IMG/VR virus record: IMGVR_UViG_3300043443_000061
Location: 1-37,980 of that record
Length of the DNA stretch: 37,980 nt
Source of the DNA: a virus
Taxonomy: Duplodnaviria; Caudoviricetes
Reading direction: 5' to 3' (one strand)
Shown here: piece by piece, positions 8,890 to 19,000 of the stretch
Numbering within the stretch: the stretch's first letter is position 1
Layout: every line of letters begins with the position of its first letter
The notes under the pieces: generated by a model
Seen by the model: only the letters and a program-made list of their open reading frames with translations
What the model was told of the DNA's origin: nothing
Databases searched by the model: none
Program-made: the position numbers and the translations under genes

Positions 8890-9873
8890 TTAGAACTCAT
8901 CAATAGTTGTCGTAAATCCAAAGTCTGTATTTGCGTTAGCCGCTAGAGGATTAGGGTCAATCTGTATATTGATTAACTGCGTAGATGTGCCAGTAGATAT
9001 TACGTTATACTTAGCCCCAGAAATTGCTCCTACCAAAATAGTATTCGCAGATAGATCTCCGGTAACGTCGTTAAGGATAATTGTGTTTGCTGTAGTATCC
9101 CATTTTCCGACGTATGCTTTTGCTGTGGCTTCTTCTATGCTATTGCCCTGATAAACTAACTCGCCGAGTCTATATTCTAAACCATTACCAGAATTTAGAG
9201 ATAAGTTTTTGTTGTATTTTTCATTGTTATAAGAATATGTATTCGCTGTTGCTCTACGGATAATTGGAGACGTGTTTATAGGACCAAACAAGTATCCCTT
9301 AGCAGTAAAATTCATATTCCATGTAATGATGCGGGTAGATTCTGTATCTCCCTCATAACTATTTTCATATGTTACGCTATTGAATACGATAGGAATATCT
9401 AATTTTAGATTATCAAAGCCAAGCAAATCTATAGTTATAGTGTAGTCTGGATTGAAATACGGAAGAATTTGTTCTACAATTTGCATACCATCTTCTGTAT
9501 TTCTAACGAATGCATATAGATTAAAATCAAAATTGTATGGTGCACCCTTTACCCGATTAACGCTGCTAGCAGGAACATTTTTATATAGATCTACGTGTGA
9601 CGATATTTTTCTTAGAGGATCGTATGTCACCCCTGTCATTTCAAAAGCCATTCTTGGCAAAGTGATTTGAACAGTCTTAGAAAGGTTTGGGTCTTCTGTT
9701 ATACGAGTGTAGAATTTTTCTTTAGCAGAATAAGATAGAGGAACATTAATACGTTCTATTTCTGTAGTGCCGTCTGCAGCATAGCGATACATCTTAAGGT
9801 TATTGAAAATCGTACCGAATCCAATAACCATTTTGCGAACGATACGGTGATAGTAATGGGTATTAGATAGCAT
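8890..9873 (-). CDS. gp15: Tail sheath stabilizer / tail terminator (T4 gp15-like) with extra C-proximal domain
   Basis: YYHRIVRKMVIGFGTIFNN, VPLSYSAKEKF, TLPRMAFEM, QIVEQILPYFNP, FTAKGYLFGP. Confidence 0.95.
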   Translation of the reverse strand: MLSNTHYYHRIVRKMVIGFGTIFNNLKMYRYAADGTTEIERINVPLSYSAKEKFYTRITEDPNLSKTVQITLPRMAFEMTGVTYDPLRKISSHVDLYKNVPASSVNRVKGAPYNFDFNLYAFVRNTEDGMQIVEQILPYFNPDYTITIDLLGFDNLKLDIPIVFNSVTYENSYEGDTESTRIITWNMNFTAKGYLFGPINTSPIIRRATANTYSYNNEKYNKNLSLNSGNGLEYRLGELVYQGNSIEEATAKAYVGKWDTTANTIILNDVTGDLSANTILVGAISGAKYNVISTGTSTQLINIQIDPNPLAANANTDFGFTTTIDEF

Positions 9874-10748
9874 TATGGTTCACCAAAGGGGTTTGATTCA
9901 GTAAAGTCTAAGATATTATTTGCTTGAGATTGGATAAAGCTGTTATCTTCAAATGCAGAAGTTACGTTATCTAAATCGTCTGTAGTTCCAGGAATGATAT
10001 TATAAGATGCTCCGCTCGTAGAACCCTCTACAGGGTCATCGCTATGGAATTCGCCCTTGATATTTCTCAAACGAAGTTTTAATGTTGTTCTATCGAAACT
10101 GGCTACTACACCAAGCGAAGTAGCAGATTCTAAATCTGTTCCCTGGTAGACGATTTCTCCGCGCTGATACGATATTGTTTGACCATTATCATCTACAGTA
10201 AATTCTGTAGACACAGCAGCATCATCTGCAAGGTAATCGATATCCTGAATTCCTGTATTTAAGAACTCGCCGTTATATTTGAATGTCTCTAAAGACAAAC
10301 TAAACATATATGGTTGTACTTTGCCCAACTGAAAGAAATTCTTTTCTTCTTCTACAAAACGTATTTCCATTAATTTCTGTTGAACAGGAAGGTAGATTAA
10401 ATCTCCCTCCTTAGGAAATTTTCTTAGCGTAGAAGGAACTAATTTTTCGAAGGTTCTACGGGCAACAGCGACTCTTGCTGTTTTATCTATTTGCAAACCA
10501 AACTTAGAAAAGAATTCTTGCTGACCTTCAAAGTCGTTAAAGGTCTCTAGGTATATGTCTATTTTATATGCAATGTCGTAGTATTTTACAGGGTCATCGC
10601 CAAAGAGAGTATCAAAAGTGCTTTGTGATGTTCTAGGAAGATAATAGATATCTATTCCGTGATTTCGGATAGATTCTATAATTAAATCTTCTACAAGAAA
10701 CTGTTCTCTTGTAGCACCTTGATTATTAAAATATACACTAACTGGCAT
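9873..10748 (-). CDS. gp14: Neck protein (T4 gp14-like)
   Basis: EDLIIESIRNHGIDIYYLPR, FFSKFGLQI, PKEGDLIYLP, FFQLGK, C-terminal LDFTESNPFGEP. Confidence 0.95.
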   Translation of the reverse strand: MPVSVYFNNQGATREQFLVEDLIIESIRNHGIDIYYLPRTSQSTFDTLFGDDPVKYYDIAYKIDIYLETFNDFEGQQEFFSKFGLQIDKTARVAVARRTFEKLVPSTLRKFPKEGDLIYLPVQQKLMEIRFVEEEKNFFQLGKVQPYMFSLSLETFKYNGEFLNTGIQDIDYLADDAAVSTEFTVDDNGQTISYQRGEIVYQGTDLESATSLGVVASFDRTTLKLRLRNIKGEFHSDDPVEGSTSGASYNIIPGTTDDLDNVTSAFEDNSFIQSQANNILDFTESNPFGEP

Positions 10749-10749
10749 T

Positions 10750-11511
10750 TTAGCCTACCAACATATCTGGTGGTTCTTCATAATAGTCGCGAAGTTTTTC
10801 TTCTAGACGAAGAATATCTACCATTGCTTCATCGTATATTTGCTGACCGTTTATTTGCATGCCGCCAGGAAGAACATAATTGCCATACTTCTTAAGATTT
10901 TCACCCCACTGCTTTTTAATTAACTGGGTTGAATATTCTTTTAACCAAGCGTCGCTATACACGTCTGCATATTCATCTGGATTTAATTTCTTAGTGCATT
11001 CAACCATAATGTAATTGCCATTAGCAACTTCGTCTCCTGCCCAATTCATATCAATGTATAGTTTGTCCATCTTCTTATTGAAGCGAATAGGATTTTCACC
11101 TATTAACAATTGGTCTAACATCTCTATGTGAGTTCTTGCTATCCAATAATATTGGTAAGACGAAGAAGTGAAGTCGTAGAGTTCATTTAGGCGAAGTTGA
11201 TAATTGATATCAAACATGTTAAAGTCGCTTCCGCTACTTCCTACAGACTCGCTATTAATCTTAAGGATACGAGTTACGCCTGTAACAGAGTCTGGCAAAG
11301 TTACATACCCATTTGCTTTTTCTGCTGTGGTAATTTGTACAGCAAGGTAATCTTTATGCACGCCATCATAATGGAAATCTGCAAATTTCTGTAAAGCGTC
11401 ATCTATTCTATCATCAACTTGGTCGTCATCGACGTTAATGTCAATTACTGGAAATCCTAGTCTGCGCAGGCAATAATCTTTTAGTTCTGTCTTTGTTGTA
11501 GGTTTTGCCAT
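10750..11511 (-). CDS. gp13: Neck protein (T4 gp13-like)
   Basis: ELKDYCLRRLGFPVIDINVDDDQVDDRIDDALQ, WLKEYSTQLIKKQWGENLKKY, LPGGMQINGQQIYDEA. Confidence 0.96.
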   Translation of the reverse strand: MAKPTTKTELKDYCLRRLGFPVIDINVDDDQVDDRIDDALQKFADFHYDGVHKDYLAVQITTAEKANGYVTLPDSVTGVTRILKINSESVGSSGSDFNMFDINYQLRLNELYDFTSSSYQYYWIARTHIEMLDQLLIGENPIRFNKKMDKLYIDMNWAGDEVANGNYIMVECTKKLNPDEYADVYSDAWLKEYSTQLIKKQWGENLKKYGNYVLPGGMQINGQQIYDEAMVDILRLEEKLRDYYEEPPDMLVG

Positions 11512-11535
11512 TATAGATTCCTAGAGAATTTACTG

Positions 11536-11543
11536 TATTTAGG
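11536..11543 (-). promoter_or_regulatory. Late promoter variant CCTAAATA upstream of gp13
   Basis: TAAATA core ~25 nt before the ATG; the same octamer recurs at 24845 and 33066 at similar spacing. Confidence 0.6.
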
Positions 11544-12006
11544 TTGTAGGCGAATATACTATTCTTAGATAGTACGTTCCTGCTGAACCAATCGGATAAG
11601 ATGCGCTCCAAGTCCAAAGCCCAGCAGAATATGATGCATCAGATGCATTCAGTGTTGCTGTTTTTGTGGTGTAAGTTGAATTCCAAAATTCAATACGTTT
11701 AAAGAAGTTTTGCCCTGCAGATGGCGCAGACGCTAATTGGAATTCCGTAAAACTCGATAAATCGTCAAATATACAACTTAATTCTAGATCGTCTGCAAAG
11801 TACACTAACGACGACGCCATTCGATTTATAGTAATTCCTCTAAAGGAAGATGGCGTTATAGAATCTCCAGTCGATGCCGTACTATATCCGATAGTTGGTC
11901 CGGAACAAACTGGATATGTTAAATTAGATGCACTTGCTGTTGCAACTAAAGTAAAATCAACAAAAGTAAGTTGTTCTCTTGCCATAAGCATTTGATGCGC
12001 ACTCAT
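11539..12006 (-). CDS. Putative fibre-tip adhesin / receptor-binding protein (155 aa)
   Basis: ATGA-coupled to the 1350-aa fibre; short N-terminal MSAHQMLMA peptide, then a Ser/Thr/aromatic-rich beta-type domain; function inferred. Confidence 0.55.
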   Translation of the reverse strand: MSAHQMLMAREQLTFVDFTLVATASASNLTYPVCSGPTIGYSTASTGDSITPSSFRGITINRMASSLVYFADDLELSCIFDDLSSFTEFQLASAPSAGQNFFKRIEFWNSTYTTKTATLNASDASYSAGLWTWSASYPIGSAGTYYLRIVYSPTT

Positions 12007-15000
12007 GTTAACCCTGCCCCAGATATTATTGCAATAGATGGATTAGAAAACCAAATTGTGCATATGCCATTCCCGGCAAGCGTTCTATTACCAGATGATG
12101 TTGACCCAGCAAGACGTAATGATAAACTTGCACCTTGAGTAATCGTAATGCCAGCGGAATTATTAGCATATATGCTTACCACGTCTCCAGCAGCAAATGT
12201 CGCGTTAGGTACAGTAATACCGGCAGTGGCGTCAACGCATTTACCAACGTCACCAACAACAAGAGTTGTTGTAGTTGTTGATCTAGGAACAACTGTAGTT
12301 CCCTGAGTACCCAATAAACCTTGAGCACCTTGTGACCCAGTAGAACCTTGCGAACCTGTAGCACCTTGAGCGCCTATCCTACCTTGTAATCCCTGTAATC
12401 CTTGAAGACCTTGTGTACCTTGAGACCCAGTAGAGCCTTGAGAACCTAATCCTTGAAGACCCTGTAATCCCTGAGCACCTTGTGAACCAGTTGCACCTTG
12501 AGAACCAGTAGAGCCTTGTGAACCAGTAGAGCCTTGTGAACCAGTAGAGCCTTGAGAACCTGTTGCGCCTTGAGCACCTATTCTGCCCTGTAATCCCTGA
12601 AGACCTTGTGTGCCCTGAGAGCCTGTTGTACCCTGAGCACCTATTGTGCCTTGAGAACCTAATCCTTGAAGACCCTGTAATCCCTGAGCACCTTGTGAAC
12701 CAGTAGCACCTTGAGCGCCTATTCTACCCTGTAATCCTTGAAGACCCTGTAGTCCTTGAGCGCCTTGAGACCCAGTTGCACCTTGTGAACCTGTAGTGCC
12801 TTGAGAACCTAATCCTTGTAATCCCTGAAGACCTTGTGTGCCCTGAGACCCTGTTGTACCCTGAGCACCTATTGTGCCTTGAGAACCTAATCCTTGTAAC
12901 CCTTGTAGCCCTTGAGCACCTTGTGAACCTGTAGTTCCTTGAGCACCTATCCTACCTTGTAATCCTTGTAATCCCTGAAGACCTTGTGTACCTTGAGACC
13001 CAGTAGAGCCTTGAGCACCTATTGTACCTTGAGAACCTAATCCTTGGAGACCCTGTAATCCCTGAGCACCTTGAGATCCGGTAGCACCTTGAGCGCCAGT
13101 AGAACCTTGAGAACCTGTAGCACCCTGAGAACCCGTCGCACCCTGAGAACCAGTAGCACCTTGAGCGCCTATTCTACCCTGTAATCCTTGAAGACCCTGT
13201 AGTCCTTGAGCACCTTGAGATCCTGTTGTGCCCTGAGCACCTATAGTTCCTTGAGCGCCAGTAGAGCCTTGAGCACCTATAGTTCCTTGAGTACCTTGAA
13301 CGCCTTGTGTTCCTTGACCTGCACTACTTCCAGCAAGCCCTTGTACACCTTGAACACCAGTAACCCCGTTAGTCTGAATATCACCCAAAAGAATAATTTC
13401 ATTGGTAGCAGAATAGACTACAGTAGCAGTTGCATTAGAGATTGCAATATTGCCGCTAATAAAAGATGCAGAATTAGACTTAGTGACGCCTGCGCCAGCA
13501 GCAATTATAACGTTACCGGTGCCTTTTCTAAAGACGCTTGTAGCAAACCCTGTAGTTGCCGCAGTTGCAAATGTAATAGTTACATCAGATATACCGTTGT
13601 TAACAATGATAATCTTACCGGCAGCGTTATCTGATACTGTAGTGTTTGTCGTAACCGTCAACGTCGGTAAGTCAAAAACGTTACTTGTTGACGTTGTATT
13701 ACCGCTATGTATTACAGGACCACTTACGGTAAAGCCGTTAGTGAAATCTCTAGTATCTAATAATCTGTACCAACTTCCCCAAGTAGTGCTTGAACCCCAA
13801 CGATGCCAAACGTTACCGCTTCCAGGAAAACCTAATTGGTGAGCAGGTCCACCAGTCCAGTCAGTTGTGCTGCCATATGGACGGAAACTGACTTCTCCAA
13901 AATATGTACCGGAATCTGTTAAACTTTCAGTCGTGAGCTGCTTAAAATCTACAGCAAATTTTGGACTTGCGAAAGTTTCTGGTGTTGTAGTTCCTGATCT
14001 AGTATCAGTTACAACAATGTTATTGCCAGTTGGTCCCGTTAGACCTTGAACGCCTTGTAGACCTTGACGCCCTTGTAGACCCTGTAGACCTTGTAATCCT
14101 TGAGATCCTGTTGTGCCTTGGGAACCTAATCCTTGTAGACCTTGAGTACCTTGGGAACCAGTAGTTCCTTGAGCACCTATTGAACCTTGTAGTCCCTGAG
14201 TACCCTGAGAACCCGTAGCGCCCTGAGAACCTGTAGAGCCTTGAGAACCAGTAGCACCTTGTGAACCTGTAGCACCTTGGGAACCAGTAGTTCCTTGAGC
14301 ACCTATTGAACCTTGTAGTCCTTGAGTTCCTTGAGCACCTTGAGAACCTGTAGAACCTTGAGACCCAGTAGAACCTTGAGAACCTGTTGCGCCTTGAGCG
14401 CCTATTCTACCTTGTAGCCCTTGTAGTCCCTGAAGACCTTGTGTACCTTGAGTTCCTTGAGTTCCCTGAGCACCTTGAGTACCTGTTCCACCTGTGCCTC
14501 CACCGAAACCCTGGACGCCTTGTGTACCTTGTACACCTTGTACACCCTGAGTGCCTTGAGGACCCGTGATACCGTTAGTTTGAATATCCCCTAACAACAA
14601 AATTTCGTTAGTTGCAGAATAGACTACAGTTGCTGTTGCGTTTGAAATTGCAATATTGCCGCTAATGAACGATGCCGAGTTAATTTTGGTGACGCCTGCG
14701 CCAGCAGCGATTATAACATTGCCTGTACCCTTTCTAAAGACGCTAGTAGCGAACCCTGCTGTAGTAGCAGGATTAAAGGTGATAGTTGCATCAGATATAC
14801 CGTTGTTGACGATAATAATCTTACCTGCAGCGTTATCAGAAACAGTGGTAGAAGAAGTTACAGTAATCGCGGGCAAATCGAATACATTGCTTGTTGATGT
14901 TGTATTGCCGCTATGTACTACAGGACCAGTAAAAGTTGCACCATTAAGTGCAGCATAATATGAACCATGCTGACCATCGAGTAAGTCTGCATCTAATCCA

Positions 15001-16055
15001 GAACTTGCGCCGTCAACGGTAACAAGTTTCGCTAAAATCTGCGCAGCTGTTAATGCGCCCAATGAAGCAGTTACAGGACCATTTTCTACTGTGTCAAAAG
15101 ATGTCACTAGGCTTATTGCCCAGTCATCTGCCCATCTTTCCGGCGTTGAGTTAGAGTGTCCTGCTAAAAATTCTGTTACGAATACTTTTGGATAACTCCA
15201 AGTAGAACTAGTTTCTCCAATCCATATACAATTATATGTGCCATCATGACCAAATCGAACATTTAGCGCAGAGACACCTTCCATTGAAGATTGCACTGCA
15301 AAATAGTTGTACCAAGAACCAACGCTATAGTTGTACCCCCCGAGTTCTATTGTTCTAGAATTACCGACAGCACTACCAGTATAATCATACATCTGAATAG
15401 TCATGCGCATCATAGTATCAGTGCGATACTGAGGCAATCTTATCTTAAATGCTCCGGTTACGGATGAAGAAGTAGAGCTGTATGCTGCTCCACCAGGAGC
15501 AAATATTCTAACAGTTTCGTTTAATGAAGAAGAATTACTCGTAAAGCCGTTAGCACTAACTAGCAATCTTTGCACATGCACATTAGCTGCTGAAGAAAAG
15601 TTTACGTTTCCAGTAAACGTGGCACCAGAAACTTGCGCATATGCTGCACTGCTTAATCCATCTAGCAGGTCTGCATCTAACCCCGAACCGGAACCGTCAA
15701 CAGTCTTTATCTTTGTTAATACATCAGATGCCGTATAGTCTGATGTTGTTACAAGAGTTGACGGGAAGTTGTAGGTGACGCCAGTCACGTTTAAATTGAC
15801 AGTATCCCCGGTTTCTCCGATGTCTAGGTTATTTCCTGAAGAAGAAATAGAGCCACCACCAAGAAAATTTAGCGCAACGGAAGTGGTTGCATTTCCTAAT
15901 TGTACATCTGAGGGCGTGCCGTTTCCAAGAACAATTGCTCCTGTTGCATCAATATACAAATCTCCAGCAGATTCGTAAACTCTAGCCACGGTTGTGCTAG
16001 TGTCTTGAAACTCTATATTAGATGCTGCTGGGGTTATGATTACATCTTTAGCCAT
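12003..16055 (-). CDS. Collagen-like fibre protein (1350 aa) with knob domains and two internal repeat modules
   Basis: Two GLDADLLDG fibre motifs flank a beta-rich knob; Gly-X-Gln/Thr tracts at ~14035-14573 and ~12298-13367; a second knob-like domain (DTRS...DFK...HQLGF...WGSWYRLLD). Confidence 0.85.
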   Translation of the reverse strand: MAKDVIITPAASNIEFQDTSTTVARVYESAGDLYIDATGAIVLGNGTPSDVQLGNATTSVALNFLGGGSISSSGNNLDIGETGDTVNLNVTGVTYNFPSTLVTTSDYTASDVLTKIKTVDGSGSGLDADLLDGLSSAAYAQVSGATFTGNVNFSSAANVHVQRLLVSANGFTSNSSSLNETVRIFAPGGAAYSSTSSSVTGAFKIRLPQYRTDTMMRMTIQMYDYTGSAVGNSRTIELGGYNYSVGSWYNYFAVQSSMEGVSALNVRFGHDGTYNCIWIGETSSTWSYPKVFVTEFLAGHSNSTPERWADDWAISLVTSFDTVENGPVTASLGALTAAQILAKLVTVDGASSGLDADLLDGQHGSYYAALNGATFTGPVVHSGNTTSTSNVFDLPAITVTSSTTVSDNAAGKIIIVNNGISDATITFNPATTAGFATSVFRKGTGNVIIAAGAGVTKINSASFISGNIAISNATATVVYSATNEILLLGDIQTNGITGPQGTQGVQGVQGTQGVQGFGGGTGGTGTQGAQGTQGTQGTQGLQGLQGLQGRIGAQGATGSQGSTGSQGSTGSQGAQGTQGLQGSIGAQGTTGSQGATGSQGATGSQGSTGSQGATGSQGTQGLQGSIGAQGTTGSQGTQGLQGLGSQGTTGSQGLQGLQGLQGRQGLQGVQGLTGPTGNNIVVTDTRSGTTTPETFASPKFAVDFKQLTTESLTDSGTYFGEVSFRPYGSTTDWTGGPAHQLGFPGSGNVWHRWGSSTTWGSWYRLLDTRDFTNGFTVSGPVIHSGNTTSTSNVFDLPTLTVTTNTTVSDNAAGKIIIVNNGISDVTITFATAATTGFATSVFRKGTGNVIIAAGAGVTKSNSASFISGNIAISNATATVVYSATNEIILLGDIQTNGVTGVQGVQGLAGSSAGQGTQGVQGTQGTIGAQGSTGAQGTIGAQGTTGSQGAQGLQGLQGLQGRIGAQGATGSQGATGSQGATGSQGSTGAQGATGSQGAQGLQGLQGLGSQGTIGAQGSTGSQGTQGLQGLQGLQGRIGAQGTTGSQGAQGLQGLQGLGSQGTIGAQGTTGSQGTQGLQGLQGLGSQGTTGSQGATGSQGAQGLQGLQGLQGRIGAQGATGSQGAQGLQGLQGLGSQGTIGAQGTTGSQGTQGLQGLQGRIGAQGATGSQGSTGSQGSTGSQGSTGSQGATGSQGAQGLQGLQGLGSQGSTGSQGTQGLQGLQGLQGRIGAQGATGSQGSTGSQGAQGLLGTQGTTVVPRSTTTTTLVVGDVGKCVDATAGITVPNATFAAGDVVSIYANNSAGITITQGASLSLRLAGSTSSGNRTLAGNGICTIWFSNPSIAIISGAGLT
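13368..13730 (-). repeat. Repeat module copy F (in 1350-aa fibre)
   Basis: DLPTLTVTTNTTVSDNAAGKIIIVNNG...FRKGTGNV...TNEIILLGDIQTN. Confidence 0.92.
14574..14935 (-). repeat. Repeat module copy E (in 1350-aa fibre)
   Basis: DLPAITVTSSTTVSDNAAGKIIIVNNG...FRKGTGNV...TNEILLLGDIQTN. Confidence 0.92.
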
Positions 16056-16063
16056 TGTACTAC

Positions 16064-19000
16064 CTAAAATGACACTCGCGTCATATTTATTGCCCTGTTG
16101 CTACCTTGCGTCAATCTCTTCATGTATCGCTTTTCTCGATATTGGTCCCAAATTGAAGACAAATTAAAAGTATTTCCTACAATTTTAACCTTGTCCGGGT
16201 AATCTGTATAAACCGTTGCAGAAGAATTTTTAATGTCTATGTATCCGTTTTGCGCATCTCGCGTCACGAATACGCCGATTCTTCCGTACAGAGAACTAAA
16301 CGTGTAAGTTTGATTAAATGTTTGCCAACCTGCTGCACTGGCAGGGGTAGTTCCATTTACAGAAGTAACAACATTGCCGTTTTGCAAACTATACACGCGG
16401 ACCTGACCATCTAGATTACCGTCGTCTTGAAGTCTGCCCATCCAAGGTATCTTGTAATTAAACTGCACTGCAATTTCTACATCAACGTTATCTAGCACCT
16501 CAACTTCTATACCAAATAACCACAAATAGTCGTCTCCATTCATGTTATAGATTCTAGTTACTTCTGGTCTAGATGGGTCTTTTTCTAAGATAGTATAAAC
16601 GCCATTTACAATATCGTAACCAAATCTACCAAAATTTTCTTGTTTACCGACATAACTTAAATCGCTAGATGTATCACCCTGCGCAAATATACCTTCATTT
16701 CTGTATCTGCTCATGCGTTCGCCAGTATGCTGTGCCATAAAATCTGAATTGACAGATGGCCAACCATCAAAAGAATTTCCGACATACGCTAATTCATCCA
16801 CCCCTCTTATTTTATTATTTTCTATTCTTAATCTAGAGGTTCGAACAGGACCAGCTCCCTCATAATATAGATACAGCCCTGTATAAGAAGTGCCTTTAAT
16901 ATCATTATATCTTAATTCATTAAAATGCGGCATTATCATTCTATCTGTTCTTGCGGTGCCACTAATTGCGATGCCGTAATCTCCAATAGTTGCAATCTCA
17001 TTGTAATTGAATACAAATTGTCTAGTCGTAGCACCCTGATAAAAACCATAGCCTAGACAGTGTAATATTTTATTATTATAATATGCAGGACCAGCATAAG
17101 ATAATGCGCCATATTGCCAATAACCTGTATACATTCCTATTGCTACGCTATTTCGGAATATGCCGTGAGCCAAATAATTACCAACTCCTGCCCAAGTTGT
17201 TCCGTCTGGTCCTAACATATGGACGATACCATCAAACAATGCACAGTTCCAATAATCTTGGCTATAGTTTCTAAATCCTCTATTATATGAGGTAGAACCT
17301 GAATACCGATAACTTCCGACATAATCGGTGCGCATGTGTTTCATCTTATGGATTCTGCCCAAAGCAGTACCAGCAGATAAAGTTATATCTGGCCAACGCC
17401 AATCATTAAAACTGGTGCTACCAGTATTGATAGTGCCCTTTATGCTAAAGTTTTTGTTTAGTTTAATGACAGTTAACGGAGAATCATCTTCAATAAAACC
17501 CCAGAATATGGGTTTATCTAAAAATAGTTTGTTTCCAGACTTGCTTGTAATTGTGCATTCAGGATACCATCCACCATGGTAGTACGATTCTGGATTACCG
17601 CCACCAGTAGTTATCGCATAGTATCCCTCAAACTCAGTTGCACTTCTAGCATATCCAGAAACATTAGCGACAGTAATTTTATCACCAACAGCAAAATCGC
17701 TTGCGTTGTTTACAATGATAGTGTAACCTTCGCTAAAATCATGTACACCAATGTTAACATAGCGGTTTCTCGCTAGACCGCCCTGGTCACCTGTTGTTTC
17801 AAATTTAACATATCGGTATGTTACGGTTCCTGTCGGATAATATGCTAGTTTATTATAGGTGCCACCACCGCCATACCATTTCTTCGTATCATTTGTAGGA
17901 CCGTATAAAGTTGTCCAATTTGTCGCATCATTAGAACCATAAACTGCAACACCATTGTATCCATAGTGCCCTGAACTATCTGCAGTTCTTGGTAAGAATG
18001 AAACGTGAGTAAATGTTCTTTGTACCTTCAAATCTATCGTTACAGAACGTTGAGCAGCACTTTCACCTAGATTATAATAATAGTCTGCATTAAAGTCATG
18101 ATTAAGTAAATACGGAAAACTTCCGCTTACGGTATTGGTCCCGTTTAATTGCATTATCGTTGGGTATATTCCGCTACCATTGCGCCCAAGATATGTAAAT
18201 GCATAATCTGTATGACCGCCGCCAGCAGTTACCGACGCAATCTTAACAATTTTGCTGCCAGACGGATGATTGTGTTCTAATCCGCTTTCGTAAACGGTGC
18301 TACCGTTTGTTATGCTATTGCCTGTAGTAATGTATAATTTTTGTGTTGGTAGTTTAATGCGCAAAGAACGGCATCTAAAATTGGTATTGAGGTTTGTGTA
18401 TATACCAACTGTTCCCTTAAAGCCGCCATCTCTTCTATATTCCGTAGTAAATTCTTCGCCACCTATGGTTACAGTAGTGCGCATTTTTCGCGTATCAACT
18501 CGATACATCGCAGGAGCACGACTTATTGCTAATGTTGTAGCATCTCTATCGGCTCTATTGTTATTGTAATTAGACACTGCTCTAATATAGAATAAGAGGT
18601 CTTGACCGCCATCGTCATTGGTAAGGTAGTCGGTTTTAAAAGAGTCATAACCTCTATGCCCGAGTAAAAACGCAGGGTCATAAGAAGTTATTATGCCAAA
18701 TGCGGTTGTACCTCTTGTACCGCTATCGTATGCAGATAGGGGAGACATTTCTGCTTCAACAACAACTTCTCGACCCCAAAAATATTTGTGAACAAGTTCT
18801 CTGTAACCGCCACTTAGGTTACGGAGACCAACACCGCTTTCTATTTCCCAACTTCCGCTGTATGCAGAATTTGCAGTATCATTTACCCAAAAATCTGTTA
18901 AACTGGTTCCGGTGTTAGTGAAGTCATAATCATACAGAGTTATCTCAGAGTCTTCAACGCTGTCAATAGTATATGCAACGTTGTCAATGACTACTTTGTC

